Of a stretch of DNA of 64,000 bases, positions 1 to 15,846 are shown piece by piece. Below the pieces are notes generated by a model. The model worked only from the letters and a program-made list of their open reading frames with translations. It searched no databases and was not told the origin of the DNA. The stretch lies in assembly GCF_009914755.1 (NCBI RefSeq), contig NC_060932.1. One strand, 5' to 3'. Source of the DNA: the human T2T-CHM13v2.0 reference genome, Homo sapiens. The position numbers and the translations under genes were made by a program. Position 1 is the stretch's first letter. Every line of letters starts with the position of its first letter.

Positions 1-282
1 AGAGTTAGCTTTTACTGTCCCAGAGGATATTATGGAAGAATGAAGCTCTGCACTATATTTGGGTCAAAATCTGCATGAGCCACCCATTATTTCAAACAGT
101 CCTACAGGGAGAAAACTAGATTAGAATTGGTTGCTTTCTGACTAACAAGAGAATAGACACAGTATATCCAATGGAAAGTCAATTAACATAAAGCTAGTGA
201 ATTCATTTATGAGAGTGGTGGGTTAATTAACGTGAGACTGGGGAGTTCATACACAGCTTAAGTAAGCAAATTCAATTTTCTA

Positions 283-630
<348 letters not shown>

Positions 631-2797
631 CTACAACAAACACAGTTTTTAATATTTTTGGTTATTATGAGCTTTTCAGTTAAAGAATTGCTTTCCCAGG
701 AAGTAAAGTTAAAACTATATAATTATAAAATGGAATTACTTAAAAAACTTTTGCTGCTGCTTCTTGTATGTCAGCAAACATGAAGAAAGAAACTGCAATC
801 ATGATGATAAGAAACAGAGCATGTTTAGTTTTAATTTTAATTTTAAAAGGGACCTTGGCCTCACCAGGCTGGTCTCTAAGGGGGATCTGGATTCATCATC
901 ATCTTTGGTGACAGTGATGGTACCTGTCTCATGTTTACCTAGCTGAGACACACAGTAGAGCAACCTGTACTAAAATTTTCAAAGGGCTCACCTCAACATA
1001 GAGCCTACCAAGGCTTCCCATAAATTAGAATTGGAACCCATCATATCTAATTTTGTCCAAGGAATTGATTCAAAATTGTAGTTTGGTGTTTCTTTCAGAG
1101 CTTGTAATGTTGCTCCTAGCTTCAAAAACATTCAGAGAATGGAAGTTTTATATTAAAAAACACAAGTTATATGACTTTTTTGCAACTGATTATTTTACAT
1201 ACACACACACATCTATTTTAGGAAAATGCTCCAGAGACAAATAGTGCTCTAACAAATTAGCACTGCATGGAGCAGCATTAAACTGTCATCCATAGATTAT
1301 TTGTATAATACAAAATGATACTCAGTAAATGGAAAATAAACAATTTTTTTTCTAAAACTTAAAGCCATTTCCCATACTCCTATAGAGTCATTGAAAATGT
1401 GTTCACAACATTCATAGTTGACATCTCTTCAACTGCTGTTCATGTTCAGATGCCCATGTTAATGTTGATCCTTTCCTCTCCTGCATTTGGTTGATGAACT
1501 AGGGAGAGGAAAACCACTTTTCTGATGTGGAATAGCACATCCTGTCTGCTCCCTTCTCAGAACACTGGCAGGTAGGGGGTTGGGTTGAGGGACAGAGGAA
1601 GCAGAGAGCAAAATGACCTCCATGGGCCTACCCACTCAGAGATTGCAAGTGCCAGAGACACTCGAGGGAAATGGTCCCAGGTACCTGGGAAAGCTAGACC
1701 TAGAACCGGATTAGTTTGGGCTGCTAAACCAAGGGATAGAGATGGAAGGTTCAGGGATGGCATCAGTGGGAGATTGCCACACCTGTCACACCCACACTCT
1801 CCAATCTCTACAACCCTAGCTGCCAAACCACTGAGAAGCATAATCCATGTGTTCCACTGGCTGCCTTTGTCATGAGTCCCACTGGCCACCAGCTCTGCTC
1901 CATAGAACAGCCAGTTTAAACTAATGCTGTAGTAAATGGGCAATGTGATCCCTGAGAAAATCTCACTGCAAACCTCTGGGAGGGAGGTTAAGCATCCGCC
2001 CCGACAGACGCTTCCCCTTCCAGGGCATGGTGTTATGAGGGGAAGTGACTGCTTAGCCAAAACTATACTTCCTGCTTCCTGGTGTGTAGTGGGGTACATT
2101 GTCCTGCTCCACAATGAGGAGCAGGAGCAGAATTGGTACGTGTCCTTTGGGCTGAGCCCACTAGCAAGCTAGTACACCTTCTTCACCCTTTCCTTCCTCT
2201 TCTCCTGGCTTCAGGCAGCCTAAAATGGGAACCGTAGGAGTTGCATGTCAAGCTGATGCAGCCTTGATGGAGGAGCCCGCATCCCTTAGTTGCTGTCTAA
2301 AAGAGAACTGCCTGCTGACCAGGAACACCTGTTTGAGATGACAGTGAGGGAGAAATTAGCTTCTACTCTGTTAGAGTCATTATATGTTTGGGAGTTTGTA
2401 ATAGCAGCTCACATATTCGAATACATAAGCCTATGTGCAAACCCTGCTCCTACATTTCAGACAGGGCTGTCTCAGTTTCATAGTGCCTTCCATACGATGC
2501 TTTCAGACAATCTGTTTTCTCTGGCCATGTTTCTACTTGGTGTTCCAGCGTAGCAAGTACCAGTTCATCCCAAGGATCTGATTACACCCAGACAAGTGCT
2601 CCTCTTCCCCTTTTGCAATGGAAGCAGGGACTGGTTCTTACTTTGAGCCAAATGAGATGAAAATTTGTCCTCGCCTTCTTCCCCAGATTTCCCCAGATTT
2701 ATGCAGAAAGACTTCTTTGATCCTTGATCAATGGCCAGCAGCCAATCAGACAGCCATTTACACTTCCACACCAGTCCCAGCCATCAACCAGGATCTC

Positions 2798-3260
2798 CAT
2801 TCATTCAGCAATATCTAGTGAGTGCCTGCTAAGTGTCAGGCATTATCCTAGGTGCTAGGGATATAGCATAGAACAAAGCAAAGTCTCCACCCCCTTGGAA
2901 TTTCCATCTCATTGGGGAAGACAGACCACTGACATCCATACATACACACATGCAGCACTGTAATACCGGTAATTGATACTATGAAGTTAGGGCAATGCAA
3001 TTGTGACTTAGGAGGTAAAGTTACTACATTTATCTGGGGAGAATGAGAAAGACTTCTCTGAGAGGTCACATCTGAGCTGATATCTAAGTACTAAGAAGAA
3101 TATCGGACAGGGCATTCCAGGCAGCTGGGACAACAGGTGCAGAGGTCCTGCGAGCAGAGCCAGCCTGGGATATGTGAGGGATTGAAAGAAAGCCCAGGGT
3201 GGCTCGCCTGTGGTGGGTCAGGAAGAGCAACGAATTTCCAAGGTGGGGAAATCATACAGA
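2798..3260 (-). mobile_element. L2 LINE 3' fragment
   Basis: cattcattcagcaatatctagtgagtgcctgctaagtgtcagg... typical reverse-complement L2 3' end; boundaries approximate. Confidence 0.7.
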
Positions 3261-3432
3261 GTTTGGAGTCTGCTTCCCTTTACCCTGACCTGTCTCTCCT
3301 TCCACTCCAGTTCTGCACACTTCCAAGCCTTGTCCCACATTCTGGGGATGGCTTAACTCTTAATTTGACTTTCAAGCTGGTGTTCATGACTTTGGTCTTT
3401 GACTTTCTCCTAATAATTTCAGCTATGCTCTC

Positions 3433-3841
3433 TGTGTCAAGCCATTCTTGCATTGCTTTAAAGAAATACTGAGGCTGGGTAATTTATAATGAAAAGAGGT
3501 TTCATTGGCTAATGGTTCTGCAGGCTGTACAAGAAGCATAGCACCAGCATCTGCTCAACTGCTGGGGAACCTCAGGGAGTTTTTAGTTATGGCAGGAGTA
3601 GGCACATCACAAGACAAGAGCATGAGCAAGAGAGATGGTGGGGGGTGCCACACACTTTTAAACAATCAGATCTCATGAGAAATCATTTACTATTTTGAGG
3701 ACAGAACCAAGAAGATGGTGCTAAATCATTCATGAGAATTCCACCCCCATGATCCAATCACCTCCCACCAGGACCCTTCTCCAACACTGGGGATTACAAC
3801 TCAACATGAGATTCAGAGAGGACAACATCCAAACTCCATCA
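3433..3841 (-). mobile_element. MST-type MaLR solo LTR
   Basis: gccattcttgcattgct...gaggctgggtaatttata...cccatgatccaatcacctccc...aaactccatca. Confidence 0.85.
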
Positions 3842-5183
3842 CCCTCCCTCAGGCTCTTTCACTGATGGGCCACCACACTTGCCCCAGTCTTGCCCCATCC
3901 TGAGGACCCAAACCTCAGCCACAGGCACCCTGGAGATTCTGAGGGGGCTGGGGAAGGAGAGAGGGATGGGTCTGTGACCTGCCAGAGTCACAAAGATGTC
4001 AAATGTGAACATGGTCCCTCAGACCAGGCCTGGCCAGGGTTCCATTTTCTGGTTCACGGTTTGGGTTGGGACTAGGAGAAGGAGAGGGCAGGACCTCAGG
4101 GTCACAGCCCCCATGCCGCACCCCGGGAACAGACTCTGGGCAAAGGCAGCCAGATCAGGAAGTGGCTCCAACTTGCTTTTCTCAGTCCATGAAAATAGAA
4201 CCACTAGGTGTGTGTTGTGGTTTCACAGTGGTCCTAGCACAGCGGAGTCTTAACTCCAGGGTGGAATAACTCTCAGGAAGCAGCAGCCCGGTCCTGAGGT
4301 CACGAATGAACAGCTCCCACAGCCATTAAGTCCAGGACCATCGTGCCTTATTAGGTCTCTGAGATGACATTGCTTCTTCATGACTTCCCAGCAAAACAAA
4401 TTTTTTTCTTAAAAAAAAAAAATCACAACTTTCTTCACCCTCACCATTTGTACCAGGTATTGAATAACTATTCCCCATTAAGTTTGTGGAAAAAGTCACT
4501 CTTTCATTGAAGCTTCATATTGTGAACCCTTTGCAACTGCATTAAGCCTTCATAGGTTTGCATCGTTATCCATTGCTCCTAATTAGTGTCTGATGACCCA
4601 AGAAGAAAAGACTTTATATCTTCCTGTTTGTTTCATGCACCAACCTATCTACAAATGCACCCGATTTTTGGCTCTTCCCCACCTGTATTTATTCTCTTCA
4701 CCATAGCTGACACAGGCAATGAGAAGGTAAAGATTTGTACTTTTGTGGGTCATTTTGTCCAAGGAATTCAAAGCAATGACAGTAGGCTAGGAAGAACCCA
4801 GGAATTCAATTCAGAAGACATCATTTCAAAGCCCAGTGCTCCCACTTACTTGCCAGGGCCAAATCGGGCAGGTTGTATTCCTTCTATGAGTCTCAGATCC
4901 TTTTTGTTAATATCTGCCTCTCAATGCCGTTTCATGACTAAATAAAATTATATGTGTTAGTATGATAGTGTAGTGTTTGGCATATAGCGGGCACCCCTTA
5001 AATGTTAGTTATTAAATGTGGACTCAGCATTTTCCAATGGGTCATTTTCTTGCCTGGCGCTATCCAGGCTGCCTCCTGATGCTTGCAAAGTCCTACAGTC
5101 TTCAGAGAAGATCTGTAACCCCATGAGTCTCTAGAAGTGACTCCTGAGAGAACACTATTCATGGTGTGTTTATTAAAGAACCA

Positions 5184-5369
5184 GCTGAGTGCAGTGGTGC
5201 CTGCCTGTAATCCCAGCTACTAGACAGGCTGAGGCAGGGGGATCACCTGAGCCCAGGAGTTTGAGACCAGCCATGGCCACATAGCAAGTCCCTGTCTCAA
5301 AAAGAGAGAGGGAGAGGGAGAAGGAGAGGGAGAGGGAGAGGGAGAGGGAGAGAGAGAGAGAGAGAGAGA
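5184..5369 (+). mobile_element. Alu monomer (FLAM-like) with GA-rich microsatellite tail
   Basis: Single Alu arm followed by (GAGAGG)n/(GA)n at 5304-5369. Confidence 0.85.
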
Positions 5370-5472
5370 ATTGCTAAATATAGTTTTGTAATATGATTGC
5401 TTTTTGTTGCTTGGATAAGTTAATCACATGTATGACTTCTGAAACATTGATACAATGTCTACTTTCTCATGA

Positions 5473-6156
<684 letters not shown>

Positions 6157-6441
6157 TGAGAGTGTTGCTTTGATTTTTACTTTGCACACTGGTGAGTTGA
6201 AGACCCATGTTCTTTGTAGACCACAGATGTTCACACCCCTTAGGTGTGGAAATGAATTAGTCCAGGTATCTATGGCACAGTTTCTCTTCTGAAAAGTTTA
6301 TCCAAGAACTAAATACTATTTTTTAAAAAATGCTACAACAGAGGGAGCAGAGAAGAAAAAAGAGGACAAGGGGGAGAAAAGGAAAGAAGGAGAAAGAGAG
6401 GGATTTACTGAACTTAGAGTATTTGTTTCCAGGACACTCAG

Positions 6442-6998
6442 TCAGATGGTTAATATCAAATGTCAACTTGATTGGATTGAAGGATGCAAAGTATTGTTCC
6501 TGGGTGTGTCTGTGAGGATGCTGCCAAATGAGATTAACATTTGAGTCTGTGGGCTTCGAGAGGCAGACCCACCCTCAATCTGGTTGGGCACCATCTAATC
6601 AGCTGCCAGCACTGCTAGAATAAAGCAGGCAGGAGAAGATGGAAGAGCAGACTTACTGAGTCTTCTGGCCCTCATCTTCCTCTTGTATCGGATGCTTCCT
6701 GCCCTCGAACATCAGACTCTCAGCTCTTCAGCTTTGGACTCTTAGACTTACACCAGTGGTTTGCCAAGGGCTCTCAGGCCTTTGGTCACAGACTGAAGGC
6801 TGCACTGTTGGTTTCCCTACTTTTGAGGTTTTGGGACTCAGACAGTTCCACCACTGGCTTCCTTGTTATTCAACTTGCAGACGGCCTGTTGTGGGACTTT
6901 ACCTTGTGATTGTCTGAGTCAATTCTCCTTAATAAACTCCCATCATATATACATATATCCTATTAGTTCTGTCCCTCTAGAGAACGCTGACTAATACA
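6442..6998 (+). mobile_element. MLT2A-type (HERV-L) solo LTR
   Basis: gatggttaatatc...tgtcaacttgattggattgaaggatgcaaagtattg...ctctagagaac..gactaataca matches recalled MLT2A consensus. Confidence 0.88.
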
Positions 6999-7699
6999 CT
7001 TGGCCTGGGCAAGTGGGGTTTACCCTGATGTTAGGTCTGAGTGGACTCCGAACCTGGACTTGCCCTCTGCCCAGGTCCTTGGCTCATTTCTTAAGAAGCA
7101 CTCAAACTTCTTTTCATCTTGGAGTCCTGGTTCTAACTCTCTGTGCTAACAGCCAGGTGTGCAAATGGAAGGAGTGTCGCTGGTCCGGTTGGTGCCAATG
7201 TTGACCTCTCTTCTCGCATAATCCCATCTGAAGCTTCCACTTGTTTTTCTGCTATCTCTCTTGGTGATGATGGCTGCCAGCTGTCTAGGGGTCTTTCTCA
7301 ACCTGTCTTCCACCCAATGTCCTGTACCCCACCCTACCATTCCCAAGAGCACACAAATGGCATCTTACTGCAACAGTACCTTGAATCATCATGTATAGAT
7401 CTGAACCAAGTTGATTAAGAAACATTGAACTTGTAGAGTGAAAAGTGGTCAAACCTGGGAAGAAACTCCTTCCTTTGCCAGTAAACTATGAGGCAGATCC
7501 TTTTATTTCTGAGGCTCAGCAGCCTTGTCTGCCCTTCTTCCCGTATGGGGAATATGTGATCATGCTTGAATGTAAAGGAGATTCCCTAAATTGTGGCTTG
7601 TGGCAGTGAGATGAGAATACAAGATATTCATACTAACCACTAACCATGACTCCTTGATGGAGGAACAGTCACTTTGTTTTTGTTTGTTTGTTGATTGTT

Positions 7700-7986
7700 C
7701 ATTTAGAGACAGGTCTCACTCTGTCTCCCAGGCTGGAGTGCAGTGGTGCCATCACAGCTCACTGCAGACTTGAACTCCTGGGCTCAAGTGATCCTCCTGC
7801 CTCAGCCTTCTAAGTTGTTATGACTGCAGGTGCATGCCACCAGGCCTGGCTAATTCTTTAAATTTCATGGAGACGGGGTCTCACTATGTTGCCCAGACTC
7901 GTCTCAAACACCTGGCCTCAAGCGAACCTCCCACTTCAGTATCCCAAAGTGCTAGGATTATAGGTGTGGGCCACCATGCTTGGCCA
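7700..7986 (-). mobile_element. Alu (AluJ-like)
   Basis: Reverse-complement Alu dimer with (TTTG)n tail. Confidence 0.9.
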
Positions 7987-8835
7987 GGAGCAGCCACTTT
8001 GTTATTTCCCAGACAGGAGATCCTTGAGATGTCAGGCCCTGAAGACTCAGCGTGGGTTCCCTCAGAGCTTTGGAGGAGAGGGGGACTGACAGCCATATCT
8101 GTCTGCAAGTGCTCACAGCTCAATATAACTGAAGCCCCAGGACCCTGCTTCAGGATTGCAGCAGCCTGTGCTGCCCTGCGGTTTGCTTTGCTGTCTGCAC
8201 TCACTTCACCACCACAGCACAGAGGTCCAGCAGCCAGACCTGCTGGCTGTCCACACGGGAAGCACAAACACAAAGATGTTGTCTTTGGGGCTTCATCAAG
8301 TGGAACGGGTGCATGAAGAATTTGTAGGTACAGGATAAGCATGGAATTTCTTCATCTGTCAAGTGAGAACAGTACTGATATGGTTCATGAGAGGATTAAA
8401 GGAGATAATGCATGTGAAGCATTTAGCAGGATGCCAAACACCTGGGAAATGTTGATTTATTTTTTTTTTTTAGAGAAGAGAATATAAAATGGTCTACTAA
8501 GCAAGTTCAGACCACAAGCTCAAAGACCATGCAATAACATCACCACATCATCCTCTCCCAATTCATGCCTCTTTGAACTTGGCAGTAGACTCGTTTTTCT
8601 TTCCTGGCTGAGTTTACCTTGACGTATTGGTTTTTAGGTCCAGGAACCACCCTCCCACCCTGCACTGTGGGTTACCCCCATTCAAACCATAGCTACCATG
8701 TAGTGAGGTGTCTTCTCTTGGCCACACACCTATCCCCTAAACTACTGGAGACCACAGGCACTAATTAATAAACAGCATGATGTGATTTTATCATAAAGTA
8801 ATTGATAGAGTTTGGGCCACAGATGCTGAGTGTGA

Positions 8836-9148
<313 letters not shown>

Positions 9149-9675
9149 CAAGCTGAGTATAAATTATGAGTCCAGTTGATTTGGTGATTCACGCTGAAAG
9201 GACTGGCATGTGGTGGTGCACACATAGCCTGAGGCGCCCCATAGGATCTTGGGCACTCCTGGGCTAACCCCATACGAGCCTGCTTGCCTCCCTGCCAGGC
9301 TGTTGTGGGAGGGCCACTGTCTGCTGGTGCCATTGCTGTTACACCTACTGTACCCATCTCTGAATGCAGTTCCTCCCCTGACCAGAGGAAGCTGGCCCAT
9401 CAGTCAGGGCCCAACAAAGGCCAAGGGGCAGCACTCACTCCCCTCCTCTCTGCTGCCTATCCCCAGCCTGGGCAGTAAAAGTCATGACCCTTCCCCTCTG
9501 GGGGCAGGGATCCCTCCCCTCTCCCACTGGACCTTGGGAGGCACAAAGGAGTGAGGTGCTTGGAATCTCTGCTCTCTAGGTCAGAAGGAAGAACCTGCTC
9601 TTAGATTCACCTATGGACTAGGAAGTCAGCCTTGACCTAGAGACAACACAAACAAGAAAATGTTTGCTGCCTTAA

Positions 9676-10168
<493 letters not shown>

Positions 10169-10399
10169 AATGTTGCTAGTTCCTCTCAGAGAAAAGATAC
10201 TCATAGACAAAGATCTGAGCCTGGGTCAGCTTTAAAATGATCCTGGCACCTAGGAAAGCAAAATGTGGCTTCCATCCCTAAGGACGGAAGGTGAACCAGA
10301 GACAACAGCAAGGCTAAGGCTGGGATGGGAATAGATCTTTCTTGAATACACCACATGCTTACAATTCTGTAAATAAACAATTTTAAATTCTGACAATAT

Positions 10400-10680
10400 T
10401 TTTTAGAGACAGGATCTCACTAGGTTGCCCAGTCTGGCCTCTAACTCCTAGGCTCAAGCAGTCCTCCCACCTAAGCCTCTTGAGTAGCTGTGACTACAGG
10501 TACATGCCACCACACCTGGCTAATTTTTTGTGTTTTTAGTAGAGACGGGGTTTCACCGTGTTGGCCATGATGGTCTCAATCTCCCGACCTTGTGATCCGC
10601 CCACTTCCGCCTCCCAAAGTGCTGGGATTACAGGCGTGAGCCACCGCACCTGGCCGAGACCCTGTCTCTAAAAAAGAATA
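10400..10680 (-). mobile_element. Chimeric Alu (old monomer joined to younger left arm) plus a short plus-strand Alu tail
   Basis: J/FLAM-like 10400-10520, Sc/Y-like left arm to 10655, then gagaccctgtctctaaaaaa in the opposite orientation. Confidence 0.75.
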
Positions 10681-11500
10681 AGAAGGACCAAGTCCAGAAG
10701 AAGTTGAAGCCACTCTGGAATTAGCTAAGAAGACAGTGACCAGGCAACCTGAGTGAAAGGGAGCTGACTCTCCCAACCTGGCAGTAGGGTTGGTGGGGGA
10801 AGGGCAGTCAATCACAGGCAGAGATTGGGGGAGAAGTGAGAGCCCCACTGGGGCAGGCAGCATGCTCTGCAGCAGCACAGGCAGCTGGCAGGCAACACAG
10901 TTGAGAAGGGACAACGTCCTGGGCCTGACACCAGGAAGGAGTTCCAGAAGCAGGCTTCTCCCCTCCTACTCGCACTGACATCCCCCATTTCCAGCAGCAG
11001 AATCCTGTGCCTCAGACTAGTTCACCTCTCCTCTGAAAGCAGCATGGTCCGTCTCAGCTCCCGGCCTTTGCACATGCCATGTGCCCAAGCCAGGAGCACC
11101 ATCCCTTCCCCAATTTCACCCCCTCTCACTCTTGCCTCAGGTCCCCGCAGCTGCCTTCACCACGGAGATTTCCGAGAGACCCACCCACACCCACCTCCCT
11201 CTGCTCTGAACTGCTTGAGCTTTGCACATCTGCATTCCTCCTTCTCTGGTGCTGTCTACTGCAGAGCCAAGGCCGAGTCTTCTCTTTTCTATGTATTCCC
11301 ACTCAACTTCCAGCAAAGAGCGTTTTGTGGAGCAGGTGTTGGATAAACACTTGTTGAATTAAAGGCACCGTCCTGAAAGTGCAATCAAATCCAAGATTGC
11401 CTGGTGACTTCGGAGTCAAAGGAAAGTCTAGAAAGGTGGTCTGATGACAATTTCTGGCCAAGCCATCTCTAAAGACCTGGCTCATCTCCCCTTCCTTCCA

Positions 11501-11576
11501 TTAGATTGGTGCAAAAGTAATTGCGGTTTTTGCCATTAGCAGTGGCAAAACCGCAATTACTTTTGCACCATCCTGA
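11501..11576. mobile_element. MADE1 (Hsmar1-derived MITE), near-palindromic
   Basis: ttagattggtgcaaaagtaattgcggtttttgcca-ttagcag-tggcaaaaccgcaattacttttgcacca inverted repeat. Confidence 0.95.
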
Positions 11577-11789
11577 TACCTTGACTCAATGCCCCTGTTA
11601 TGTAGAATTGTATATGCACCTCTTTGTACCCCAATAATCCCTGTGCATGCTTCTATCATAACTCTTATCACACTATTCTTAAAATGTGCTTGCATGAACT
11701 CCATTGCCTTCTCATTTGATGATAAGATCTCTGAGGGCCAACATCATCTAATTCATCTCTGCATCTGTAACATTTAAATTAATGGTAAC

Positions 11790-12030
11790 AGCTTGAACTC
11801 TGCAGTCAAATAGGATCATATTCAAGCTCTTCCTCTTATGTGTGACCTTGGAAAGCTTTCATTACTTAACCTCTCTAAGCTGAATGGATTGATGGAGGAT
11901 TGTTGCGAATTATTATTCTCCATAATAATAATATTATTACCATCACTTTTTAATAAATTATTATTATTAATGCAGGGACAGCATTTAATTCAATGCCTGG
12001 CACAATCAATTGTAGTTAAATAAATGGTTA
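11790..12030 (+). mobile_element. MIR fragment
   Basis: tgtgtgaccttggaaag...ttacttaacctctctaagc MIR core; degraded. Confidence 0.6.
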
Positions 12031-12744
12031 AAAGTTCATAGAGGCTGATTTTTCACCCTCTTCCTGCCTGTGTTACTGCCTTTTCCAAGAAACTGTTCCA
12101 AGAAATGATAAGTGTGATGTGTATGGCTGCTGATTCCAAAATTCTCTTTTCCTGCTTTCAGATTCCCTGCACAGACATTCCAAGTTCTAGTGCTCCACAT
12201 AAACCAGTCCTTGATTTCAGAATTTCTCTAGCTTCACTTTCCCAGCGCAACACCACCCGATGACCGTGGCTTGCCAGAATTCTCCGTGACAGGGACTGCA
12301 TCACTGTCACAGCCGTTGTCACTATGATGTCACCATTATCTCGCTTCATACATTTCTGTCATTATGTCAATGTCTCATTTCCTTCTCTGGTGAAAAAAAG
12401 GAAAAGACTCACAGCTCACCCTGGAATCCATCAAAAGTGTAGAAACCAAACTAGAAAATTACAAAGTGAAATTTCAGTTGTCCTGAGAAATAACACCTGC
12501 AGCATGAACTTTCAAAGGATCACTCAAACCCATATAGAGGAAAGAATAATACACACCAAAAATGAACGGTACATGGAAACGTGTAAGATTGTGTTCTACC
12601 AATGTATACAGTTCAGAGTTAAACACACAGGGGGAGTAAGTTCAATTTTCCAGAAAAAAAAAAGAGAGAATTTCCTATTGAGAAATAAAGTCAAGCTAAT
12701 AACTAAGGAAAGTAGTGAATTAATGAGAAGATCCAAAAATATGT

Positions 12745-13245
<501 letters not shown>

Positions 13246-15144
13246 AAAAGTCAAACCACAGAGTTGACAAATAAGGATGTTTAAATCAGTACTTAATAGT
13301 TCAGCCCTGGAAATAAGATAACTAATATTCTATAAGTCTCTGGATTATGTATATGCTAAAGTATCAATTCATCACAGTAGGCAGGGCAGCCAGATAATTC
13401 TAACCAAAAATAATCTGCTTTGCATCTCAAATGACCCAGCAGAGCTAGCCCTGTGCCAGTGCATCCTTCACCAAGCTGTCCTGGTGACAACATGACAACA
13501 TGTCACTGATATTTACTTGCAGACTCTAAGTATCCAGAGAGCCAAACCCACTGAATCTCAGATCTGGCACCATCCGCCCAGATCCCGTAACTCCCTTTGC
13601 TCCCCTTCTCTTTCTTCACCCTGGTCAGCTCCGTGAGTGCTCCAGAGGCCACCACTGTGGGTGAATGAGACTGATGATGATGGCTAATGAGGGTGTTGTC
13701 ACTGTGATGCTGATAGTCAAGTTTGAGTGGGTCTAGTTTAGACTGCTACGATTGCAGGCTCTGGTTTCTGCCTTAAAAGGTAATGACAAATGTCAACATG
13801 CTGCAGATGGCAAAAGCGAGGTGTCACCTTCTGACTCATTTAACATTTTTATTAGTGATCCAGGAGCTCGTAAATGGCATGTTACTATTATCTGCAAATG
13901 ACACCGTATGGGACAATGAGCACATAAGAAGGTAATGCGGCAGACAGTCCCAGGGAGTCGAACAAAGGAAGAGAACCGAATGTCAAGTTGGCAAAAAGAG
14001 ATGAGCTAATAGGCTTAGGCAGGATGAGACAAACCACAGATAATGGATGGGCTGACTGGCCAGCGCAGATGATGGAAACTCCTAGAGTGAGTCACAGCCC
14101 ATCACCCTCCTCTCTGCTCAAAGCTGAAGCCATCACTGTCAGGCCACTCTGTTGATGTGAGGCTCAAACCACCATCTGGGAGCCATGTGCGCACTTTCAC
14201 AGTAAAAAACAATTATTAATAGAATGATGAGTCTAAGATGGAGTGGGTGCAAAGACAGAGAACTCTGGAGAATTAGGGGAAGAAAAAGACTAGGCTTTCT
14301 GCAAAGGTCAGGGGTGTAGTGTAAATATCCCCTCTGTTTCCTTCTGTTACTTGCATGCTCCTACACTACCTTCTCAGTCACAAGGTGAATGGAACCTCAA
14401 ATGCTCACTCTCAAGTTGGCACTGGCAACATATGGCTTGGGGTCCACAGATCCTAAACCCATGTTTAGCTTCAGCCCAGGTTCTTTCTACCTGGCTCTTG
14501 ATTTCTCAGTGAAAGGCCCTAGGCTTGGAGGAAACCCTTCTAGAGGAAGAAAAACACCTCCAAGATTACTCAGTCATCTCTCGGCCCTTAATAATCCATG
14601 GCTTAAGGGTATATAGAACTTTCTTCTCTGGAGGACTTCAAGGAAAAGGCCAACAACAGTTGCAAAAATAAACAAATGGGATAGGGCGGGAGTGGGAGAG
14701 TTAGTAGGAGCCGGAGAAAAACAGCCCCGCTTTAATCTATTTAATCTGAGGTTCTACAGAAGATTTCATTTATAATTTGCTCCTAACAGTTTTTGAAACT
14801 CCCTGTTGTCATTGGTTTCCTGCCTTTATTCTTCCTTGTCAGCAAGTGTACCCTTAAGCAATTCACTGTTCATTAACACCTTCAGAGAGAATTAAAGGAA
14901 TAAAACTCAAAAGGGGTAGGAGGTAAAATGTTATGAATCCCAACCTCACCTGAGCCAGAGAAATGGTTTACTTGATGTCTTAGGCATCATCTTATTCTAA
15001 TTACAGAGTCCTCCTTAGAATCAAGGTAAAAAATCATATTCTCTATTTTTTGCTTTTTTCTTTTCCTTCTCTTTTTTTCTTTAATGCTTGTGTGATTATA
15101 TGACCCTTGATACTCAAATCCTGGGATGCTGTCTATCCTAATGA

Positions 15145-15470
<326 letters not shown>

Positions 15471-15576
15471 CTATTCTTATCTTATTTAGACCTTGTTCAA
15501 AATAGTTTTCTATTGGAAACATGCAGTGTCCAGATTCTGGTGGCAATGGGAGGCAGGGGAGGGATGAAGGAGCATT

Positions 15577-15589
15577 TTTATTTTTATTT

Positions 15590-15628
<39 letters not shown>

Positions 15629-15846
15629 TTTTTGAGACGGAGTCTCACTCTGTCACCCAGGCTGGAGTGCAGTGTAATTACCAGTGTAATTACCATTCGT
15701 GTAATTCACATCCACATAATCAGAATTATGATTATGATCACGTAGTGGCATTATCACGGCTCACAGCAACCTCCATCTCTGGGGCTTAGGGATCCTCCCT
15801 CCTCAGCCTCCTGGGACTACCGGCATGAGCCACCATGCCCAGCTAA
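15577..15846 (-). mobile_element. Alu right arm with (TTTA)n tail, interrupted by a 73-bp non-Alu insertion
   Basis: ggagtgcagtg [15675-15747 insertion] gcattatcacggctcac. Confidence 0.85.

Noticed and set aside
1557-2114. 185-aa minus-strand ORF in unique sequence
   Set aside because: No recognisable domain; non-ATG start in the track; no supporting gene structure
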